From NCBI GenBank assembly GCA_951406725.2, contig OX597831.1, positions 29,078,001 to 29,142,000 on the forward strand: a stretch of DNA of 64,000 nucleotides, written 5' to 3'. Below, in pieces: positions 54,819-64,000 of this stretch. The position numbers and the translations under genes are program-made. Below the pieces are notes generated by a model. The model had not been told where the DNA came from and did not search any database. It saw only the letters and a list, made by a program, of their open reading frames with translations. Within the stretch, counting starts at the first letter, position 1. Each line of letters opens with the position of its first letter. The stretch comes from Octopus vulgaris. Taxonomy: Eukaryota.

Positions 54819-55034
54819 TATAGATATATATTTGGTCAAAGTAAGGCGGTTTTTTTTTCATATTCATTTTAGAGCAAGTTCTTTTACACCTGTTACACTA
54901 TTTTTCTTTTGTTTTTTTGCTCGGGTCAAACGCTTTAGTTTGACCATTTATATAAAAGGAAATGAGAACAGAGATTGGGATATTAATAGAAACCATCCCT
55001 TCATGAGGTTAACACAACCTCCAATTGAATATAT

Positions 55035-55433
55035 ATCTATATATACATACGAGCAAAACGCCCCTCACCCCCACCCGTCGAATGGACGGTGCTGAGTTGT
55101 CAAACATTTAAACCAAATTTTCTCAAAACAACTTGTCCGACCGTCCCATTTTGTGCCAGCCGGCTTTTTCTGCGAAAACTGCAGGTGCATTTTTCTCGCC
55201 TATGCATAGTATCGATCGCAACAGCTGATGTACTTGCACATACAAATGCACGTTCCCAAGGCTTTATCGATCGCATTCTCACCTGGAATCGATTTTTGTA
55301 ATTTTTTCAAGACTTATACATACCCTGATACTGTCAGTATCTACATATCAAATTTGAGCACAATTGGATGGAGGATGCCTGAGAGCCTAGAAGACACACA
55401 CACAGACAGACAGAATGGATTTTATATAATAGA
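55035..55433 (-). mobile_element. Non-autonomous Helitron-like element
   Basis: Minus strand begins A|TCTATTATATAAAA followed by (CTGT)n/(GT)n, as in invertebrate Helitron-type repeats. No clear CTAG 3' end seen. Confidence 0.45.
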
Positions 55434-56742
55434 TATGTGTGTGTATTTATATATATATATATATGTGTACTCTTTTACTCTTTTACTTATTTCAGTCATT
55501 TGACTGTGGCCATGCTGGAGCACCGCCTTTAGTTGAGCAAATCAACCCCGGGACTTATTCTTTGTAAGCCTGGTACTTATTCACGTAGATACATACAAAC
55601 TCACACACACATACAAACTCAAACACACACACATACAAACTCATACACATACGCACATACATACATACAAACTCACACACACATACACTGTGTTGAGTGT
55701 AAAGTTTTGTTCTGATCCATGGCTCACTTCCTCCGCTTTCAATGCTTTGTCAACCAAGAGGAACCGGAAGCTTCAGTGAATGAGTTCTTTCGCCCTGAAG
55801 GACAACAGCTGGTACCAGCATGGGATCAAAGAACCCACAGAAAAGTGGCTCCAAGCAGTGCAACACAATGGCCTCTACTTTGAAGGCTAACCTGCTTTGA
55901 ATGCTAACTTGGTGAATAAAATGACTCAACACAATATAAATACATGCACACACACACACACACACACACACGTAAATATATATATACATTCTTTAATTCT
56001 TTTATTTGTTTCAGTCATTTGACTGCAGCCATGCTGGAGCACTGCCTTTAGTTAAAAAACAAATCGACCCTGGGACTTCTTCTTTGTAAGCCTAGTACTC
56101 ATTCTATTGGTGTCTTTTTGCCGAACCGCTAAGTTATGGGGGTGTAAACACACCAACATCAGTTGTCAAGTGATGGGGGTGAGGGGCAAACACAGACACA
56201 CAAACACACACACATACACACACACACACACACATATACACATACAACAGGCTTCTTTCAGTTTCCGTCTACCAAATCCACTCACAAGGCTTTGGTTGAC
56301 CTGAGGTTATATTAGAAGACACTTGCCCAAAGTGCCCCGCAGTGGGACGGAACCAGTAAGTGGTTGGTAAGCAAGCTACTTACCACACAGCCACTCCTAA
56401 ACCTATAATATATGTGTTGGGGGGGGGGGGGGGGCTCATGGAGGTAAAATGGCTGAGTTCCTTTCATGTGTTGGGCCTCATGAGGCAATGACGGAGACCT
56501 TTGGCATTATGTCGTGCTTAAGAAGAAGACCCATCAATCTGAGCAGAATCACAGCCGTGGCAGATACCGGTGTCACACAAATTGGCACGTAACACCACCC
56601 TGGTGTCACGCAAATGGCACATAAAAACACCTATTACACTCTTAGAGTGGTTGGCATTAGGAAGGGCATCCATCTGTAGAAAACCATGCCAAGTCAGATT
56701 GGAGTCTGGTGCAACCTTCCAGTTTGCCAGTCCAGTCAAACC

Positions 56743-56965
56743 TATTTCTTTATTACCCACAAGGGGCTAAACACAGAGCGGACAGACATAGGTATTAAGT
56801 CGATTACATTGACCCCAGTGCGTAACTGGTACTTAATTTATCGAACCCGAAAGGATGAAAGGCAAAGTCGACCTCAGCGGAATTTAAACTCACAACGTAA
56901 CGCAGACGAAATACCGCTAAGCATTTCGCCCGGCGTGCTAACGTTTCTGCCAGCTCGCCGCCTTA
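56743..56965 (-). mobile_element. Young family B SINE nested in a family D element
   Basis: Perfect 15-bp TSD cagtccagtcaaacc (56728-56742, 56966-56980). Confidence 0.9.
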
Positions 56966-57054
56966 CAGTCCAGTCAAACCGTCCAACCCATGCCAGCATG
57001 GACAACAGACATTAAATGATGAGGATACATATATGTGTGTGTGTATACATATAT

Positions 57055-57375
57055 AGTAGTTGCTTTCTTGTATATGAGCGAAGCCATTGCTAGAAAGAAT
57101 CACTGAAATGATGCAATGTGAGGCCCTTCCATGACTCCTGAGCACAGCTAAACACTTGAACATTCTATTGAATAATGCACAGCTGTGCTGGCTGGCAGAA
57201 GGAACAGGTGCCACAATATGAAGTCTTTTAACATGTTTTATCAATCCTCCAACTGAGAGAGACACCTTTCCACAAGTTGCACATGTTCTGTTGTGAACAG
57301 TAGCCACATCACAATTTACAAGGGTCTGATCCCTTTGAGTTCTCTGATTGCTGACGAAGCCTACATGATTCATTC
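57055..57375 (-). mobile_element. LINE (RTE-like) C-terminal remnant with two C2H2-like fingers
   Basis: CATCGKVSLSVGGLIKHVKRLH and CALFNRMFKCLAVLRSHGRASH, followed by a short 3' tail; second finger decayed; no convincing splice sites seen. Confidence 0.55.
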
Positions 57376-58185
57376 ATTTCGTCCCACAAATCACACACAA
57401 AAAGCAACACTCCCTCATTTTCCACAGGTTCATTCTTTCTAAGAAATTCTCTTATATATACATACATACACACACGAATCTATGTTTGGGTATGAGTGGG
57501 TTACTATATGAACAGATGTATATGAGTAGTAATATCATTCTCATTACCTCATCGGTAGAATTAGTAACGTTTTAAACCAAAATGCCACCAAGGTAAACAA
57601 TGATCATCAATGATCATTGACTTACTATGATCCAATGAGTCAAATACTGGACACGTACACAAAACTATCCCAAAACAATTTGTAGCTATGTGTCAATATT
57701 TGAAGACCTTATCACCATAATATGATTTATCACACTCCACTATATTGTATTGTATTATATCATCCTAAATAAAATGACTGCAATATTAATTGCAAAGCAA
57801 AGTACTATAGTGCACCTATATTTGTACATAGATCAGAGCTTTCCCAAGGCTATGACACAGCACACACACACACACACACAAATTACTCACTCAGCTATCA
57901 ATGAAGGGTGTTGGCTCTGTATAGACACCTAACCAGTTGTCATAGTCATGCTTTACCACAAAAATTCTTTTCTTTACTTCTTACATCAATCACGATTGGC
58001 AGTTTATGCCTTTTTTGTACTTTCTGAGTTCAAATGTTCCTAATATCAACTTTGACGATCTTATATATATACATATATATCGAAGTGTACAGTATTATAT
58101 ATCCATCATAGCTGATCTTACAATTGATTTCACATTAGGGCTTCAAAGGGGTGTTAAGCATCAGTCCGGTTATATATATATATGC

Positions 58186-58236
<51 letters not shown>

Positions 58237-58425
58237 GAGAGGTGTAGATGGGTTGTAAGAAACTTGCTTCCGAGCCCCATGTATTCAGGTTCAGTCTCAC
58301 TATGTGGCACCTTCGGCATATAGTTATATATGAAGGAGAATCAATATATAAGCTTGTGTTTCAATATAAATAAAGTTCTTTATGTATTTGTAAACACATC
58401 TATCTATCTAACGTACGTACATACA

Positions 58426-58456
<31 letters not shown>

Positions 58457-58587
58457 GGCAAAAAGAAAATGAAGGGAATCCAGAGGTAGTATTCATCAGC
58501 TTTGTGTATTAATTAGGTATTCTGCCAGCAGTATATTGGACAGATACTATCCCTTGGTTGGATTCACAACCTCTAACTTTCTTTGAA

Positions 58588-58688
<101 letters not shown>

Positions 58689-59462
58689 TGGCATCATTTG
58701 AAATCTAAAAGAATATAAAAGGAATTTTAACCAGTGGTATATAACAACATTTGATAGTCTGGTCAATACCATAATATATATATATATATATATATATATT
58801 AAATGCTATTCTCTGTAAGCCTAGCAGCCTAGCACTTATTCTATTAGTGTCTTTTGTCGAATTGCTAAGTTACGGGGGAATTAAACACACCACCATCAAT
58901 TTCTAAGGAATGGCAGGGGAACAAACACAGACACACACACACACACACAAATATATATAATGGGCTTCTTCCTGTTTCCATCTACCAAATCCACTCGCAA
59001 AGCTTTGGTCAGCCTGAGGCTATAATAAGAAACACTTGCCCAAGGTGCCACGCAATGGGACTGAACCTGGAACCATGTGGTTAGTAAGCAAGCTTCTTAC
59101 CACACAGCCACACAAGGGAGTTTTTGCCTACTGATTACTTGAATAATCTCAACTAACTGAACTTTATCGACTCACTACATTGCATACATAAGACCCTATT
59201 ACAATAAATAAGGCATCAATAGCGCGCGCGTGTGTGTGTAGATCTTTGAAGACAGTAGTCATGGTAGCAGTTTTAGCTGCAATAATTACATTTAGTACTA
59301 AGAATACCAGCAGCACCACCACTACTATTGTAGAATTATTTGCATCAACTCTAATGATTTTGATAATTGAGACAAAAAGAAGCAAACATTTGCATACATG
59401 CATGTACACTCAGAGATACACATACGCTCAGACATATATGTATGTATGTATGTATGTATGTT

Positions 59463-59493
<31 letters not shown>

Positions 59494-59519
59494 ATGTATG
59501 TATGTTTGTGTGTGTGTGC

Positions 59520-59557
<38 letters not shown>

Positions 59558-59731
59558 TCATCATCGTTTAACATCCGTTTTCCGCGCTAGCACGGGTTGG
59601 ACGGTTCGACCGGGGTCTGGGAAGCCAGGGGCTGCACCAGGCTCCAGTCTGATATGGCAAAGTTTCTACAGCTGAATGCCCTTCCTAACGCCAACCACTC
59701 CGCGAGTGTAGTGGGTGCTTTTTACGTGCCA

Positions 59732-59797
<66 letters not shown>

Positions 59798-60390
59798 CAT
59801 ATATATGTAAGACCCCCTCCGGTCATGAATGACGATGGGATTGCACCTGGAAAGTTACCCTCCGAGGTACAAGTCAAGGCAAGATTGTTTGTGGAAGACC
59901 AGTAGTCACCCATGCATACAAGCTTCCCCTCTCCACACCACTGATGTCATCCAAGGTAACAGCAAAGGCCAATACAGCTTGGCACCAGTGATGTCGCAAC
60001 TCACTTCTACAGCTGAGTGAACTGGAGCAACGTGAAATAAAGTGTCTTGCTCAAGAACACAACACACAGCACGGTCCGCGAATTGAACTCACACCCTCAC
60101 GATCATAAGCTCAACGCTCTAACCACTGAGCCATGCACCTTCACATATATATATATACATATATATCGACAACTATGATTGTGACACGGCGATGACGGGT
60201 CAATACCCTGAAACTCGAGTCCGTGTGTATCATAAGTTGAAGACGGGAAGGATGGCTTCCCTTTGCAAATACTGATAGGGCACAGAAAGTGTGTCTATAG
60301 CCAGCTGGAGGAGGTGTCCTCCTGGGGCTACAAACTACAGTAGCATCCACCCTTAGGGGTTAGCCATATTCAAATGGCAAATATACGTCA

Positions 60391-60437
<47 letters not shown>

Positions 60438-61909
60438 CAGAAATATACATACATTCACACAGAAACACTCTCACAGACAAACAGAAATATATATATATAT
60501 ATACAGACACATACACAAACATACACATGCATTAACAGACAGACACATAAAGACATAAACACACATATGTACATACATCCACCCACATACACATTCGTTA
60601 ACAGAAACACACACATACACACATATATGCACATACATCTACATCCACACACACACTTAGATTTAATTATTGACCACTTGCTATGTTTACAATTCTATAA
60701 TTACAGAGTGTTGTTAAAGTCAATAGTCTTTGTTTATTTCTCCCATTCATTGGAGTTTCACTTCAGCAACATCAATGTAGAATGCCTGAAGGCTTGAGAT
60801 TTCAATACTCCATGAGATGAGAAATTTCTAAAAATTCTAAAGAAAATAAATATTCTATAAATGGAATTATCTATTTACTCAATGAACGCTGTATTTAGTA
60901 TACATACATTTACCGTTGCCACCGTCATTGTTTTCATGTCCACTTTTCCATGCTTGCATGCGTAAGATGGAGTTTATTGAAGCAAACCTACCACAGCTGG
61001 ATTCCTTTCCTGTTGTCAGCCATCACCTTGTTCCCAACTAAGGTAATATTTCCCCATGTCCAGACACGTTTTTAGTGAATATTGTCAATGAATGGCACTG
61101 CTTCCATGTCAGCAACAATCATTTACAACTACCACATGATGTCTTGACACACACACAGAGTCACTCTCTCTCTCTCTCACACACACACAATAGGCTTCTT
61201 CCAATTTCTTATTTCTTATTTCTTTATTGCTCACAAGGGGCTAAATATAGAGGGGACAAACAAGGACAAAGGGATTAAGTTGATTACTTCAACCCCAGTG
61301 CATAACTGGTACTTATTCAATCTACGCCGAAAGGATAAAAGGCTAAGTTGACCTCTGTGAAATTTGAATTCAGAACGTAGCAGCAGACAAAATACCTATT
61401 CCTTTACTACCCACAAGGGGCTAAACACAGAGAGGACAAACAAGGACAGACAAACGGATTAAGTTGATCATATCGACCCCAGTGCGTAACTGGTACTTAT
61501 TTAATCGACCCCGAAAGGATGAAAGGCAAAGTTGACCTCGGCAGAATTTGAACTCAGAACGTAACGGCAGACGAAATACCGCTAAGCATTTCGCCCAGCA
61601 TGCTAACATTTCTGCCAGCTCCACAGCCTTTAGGTTTCTTCCAGTTTCTGTCTACCAAATCCACTCACAAGGCTTGGGTTAACCTGACACTAGAGCAGAA
61701 GACACTAGTCCAAGATCCCACACAGTGGGACTGAACCAAGGACAATACAACTGTGAAGCAAGCTTCTTGCCCACACATGAAAAGTCACAACATCCTGTAA
61801 AATGTAGCTTTGATGATTCTTTTTCCTTGTCTAGGATCAAAAGATTTAAACACAAATAAAAACACGGGAACTATTAAGATAAAGTCAACTGTCTATTCTT
61901 ATAACATAC

Positions 61910-61939
61910 TTCAATAAAAGATTGAAGAAGTGGTTCCAT
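61910..61939 (-). CDS. MYO5: Candidate alternative upstream coding exon of myosin V: MEPLLQSFIE
   Basis: gcagaaATGG context, 10 codons, GAA|gtatgt phase-0 donor; length is close to the 9-codon canonical exon 1. A pyrimidine tract + cacag acceptor lies 28 nt upstream of the ATG, so it may be an internal exon. Confidence 0.5.
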
Positions 61940-62150
61940 TTCTGCTTCGGCTGTCCCAGAAGCCAAGCTGTGGCCAAGACAAAGATCAAAGATGAAAATA
62001 AAACACAGACATGGAAATAAAAGAATTAAAGTCAATCCAAATCAGAGGAAATTTGCAATGCATAAAGTCTTGAATTGTGGTTTTTTTTATATATATATAT
62101 ATATATTCTTCTTTCAAATTTTCATCAAAATAATAATGAGATTTTCAGCT

Positions 62151-62187
<37 letters not shown>

Positions 62188-62878
62188 AGGAAGAGATAGA
62201 TAGATAAACACAGTGAGAGAGAGAGCATTTCAACAGACAACAATGAGAAACATACACAGCAAAGAAATCAATGAGCTAACAACACCGCTAAATGACAGAA
62301 ATAGCGCTGACCGAAATTGCTAAAACAAGAAATATTGATGAAGGAATGAAGTTGGCTGGGAAGAAGAAGAAAAAAAAAAAAAGGAAAAAAAGATGCAAAG
62401 AAAATAATAATAATAATAATAATAAAAATAGAAAAAACTGAATCTCTTAACTATTGATTTCTTTATAACCAAGCCACAAGTGGAAGGATAAGGAGAGTGG
62501 CGTGACTAACTTTTAAAAGGGGTGGATGCAGAAGTGATAGAACCAAGCCAAGTATATTACTGGTATACATCACCATCATTATTTTTATGTCCACTTTTCC
62601 ATGACATTGTGTAATATACGTGGGGTTGATATACATGGGGTTGTAATATATATATATACGTGGGGTTGATATACATGGGGTAAAAGAGAATACAGGAGGA
62701 TCAATTAATTATGATTTTATCCAACATATTCCCCTCTCAGACGCACACACTTACTACAGTGGTCCTTCAGTTTTTCTAAGCCCTGTAAAAGAACTTGGAA
62801 GGGTGAGCCTCCAACCAGGCCTTTCGCGACACCCTTAAAGCCAGGAACTTTTCAGCACCCATTTCTACATCTATTGCA

Positions 62879-63082
62879 GATCTCAAAGTTATGACATCCT
62901 GTAATTTATAGCTTCTCTATCACAGGCCTCAAAGTTATGACATCCTGTAATTTATAGCTTCTCTACTACAGATCTCAAAGTTATGACATCCTGTAGTTTA
63001 TAGTTTCTCTACCACAGATCTCAAAGTTATGACATCCTGTAATTTATAGTTTCTCTACCATAGATCTTAAAGTTATGACATA
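62879..63082. repeat. 46-bp minisatellite, about 4.4 copies
   Basis: gatctcaaagttatgacatcctgtaatttatagcttctctaccaca starting at 62879, 62925, 62971, 63017, 63063. Confidence 0.9.
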
Positions 63083-63699
63083 CCATTATCATCAACTGTT
63101 AATACCCACTTTTCCATGCTTGCATGTGACTAAGATGGAATTTGTTGAAGTGGATTTTCAACTGTCAGATGCTTTTCCTGCCACCAGCCTTTACGGGTTT
63201 CCCAGCAAAATAACATTTCCCACATGCCAAGACATGTTTTTGCAGAATATTGGAAATGAAAATGATATCAACCACTGGTTAACGATTATAATTCTTGATT
63301 GAGTGATACTCGTATGTGCAGAAAATGTTTCAGAATTTTGGCAGGTGCTGTAGAATTTTGAGTATTGATGTTTAACTAATTGACAACATAATACAAATCA
63401 ACAGAAACATTTTCTTTTGCACATTTACCAAATAGCCCTGTGATATCACATATCATGTAGGTACTTAGAGAAATGTATAAATGTTTGTGTAGGTATATAG
63501 ACATGATATTCTTTTATTTGTTTCAGTCATTTGACTGTGGCCATGCTGGAGCACCGCCTTTAGTCAAGCAAAGCGATCCCAGGACTTATTCTTTGTAAGC
63601 CTAGTACTTATCCTATCAGTCTCTCTTCTCGAACCGCTAAGTGACGGGGATGTAAACACACCAACATTGGTTGTCAAGCGATGTTGGGTGAACAAACAC

Positions 63700-63732
<33 letters not shown>

Positions 63733-63923
63733 ATGGGCTTCTTTCAGTTTCCGTCTACCAAATCCACTCACAAAGCTTTGGTCGGCCCAAGGCCTACACT
63801 TTATATACATATATATTGTATATATCACATGGTTCCCAGTTCAGTCCCACTGCATGGCACCTTGGGCAAGTGTCTTCTGCTATAGCGGATTTGGCCGACG
63901 GAAACTGAAAGTAGCTCGTCGTA

Positions 63924-63974
<51 letters not shown>

Positions 63975-64000
63975 GTGTGGGTATGTTTGTGTGTCTGTGT

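Noticed and set aside
56963-57373. C2H2 zinc-finger gene
   Set aside because: No TGEKP linkers and a decayed second finger; better explained as a LINE C-terminus.

Overview
AT-rich, microsatellite-dense eukaryotic DNA. The SINE repertoire suggests an octopus/cephalopod genome (inference). Most ORF-track entries are microsatellite or SINE artefacts. The window appears to be the 5' end of an unconventional myosin V gene on the minus strand: one clear 108-bp exon (23149-23256, N-terminal SH3-like region) and two candidate upstream phase-0 exons (31103-31252, 61910-61939). I did not find exon 3 in the window. The introns contain four abundant SINE-type families, often nested with target-site duplications, plus mariner, Tc1, piggyBac, hAT and Helitron-like DNA elements, RTE and CR1 LINE fragments, and minisatellites. 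Most notable: (1) a SINE copy with a tight cluster of A-to-G changes resembling a retrotransposed ADAR-edited RNA; (2) a tRNA-headed SINE carrying a Penelope-type minimal hammerhead ribozyme; (3) further hammerhead-like motifs inside (TA)n tracts; (4) several long fold-back structures. All alignments and folds were done by eye, and repeat boundaries are approximate.
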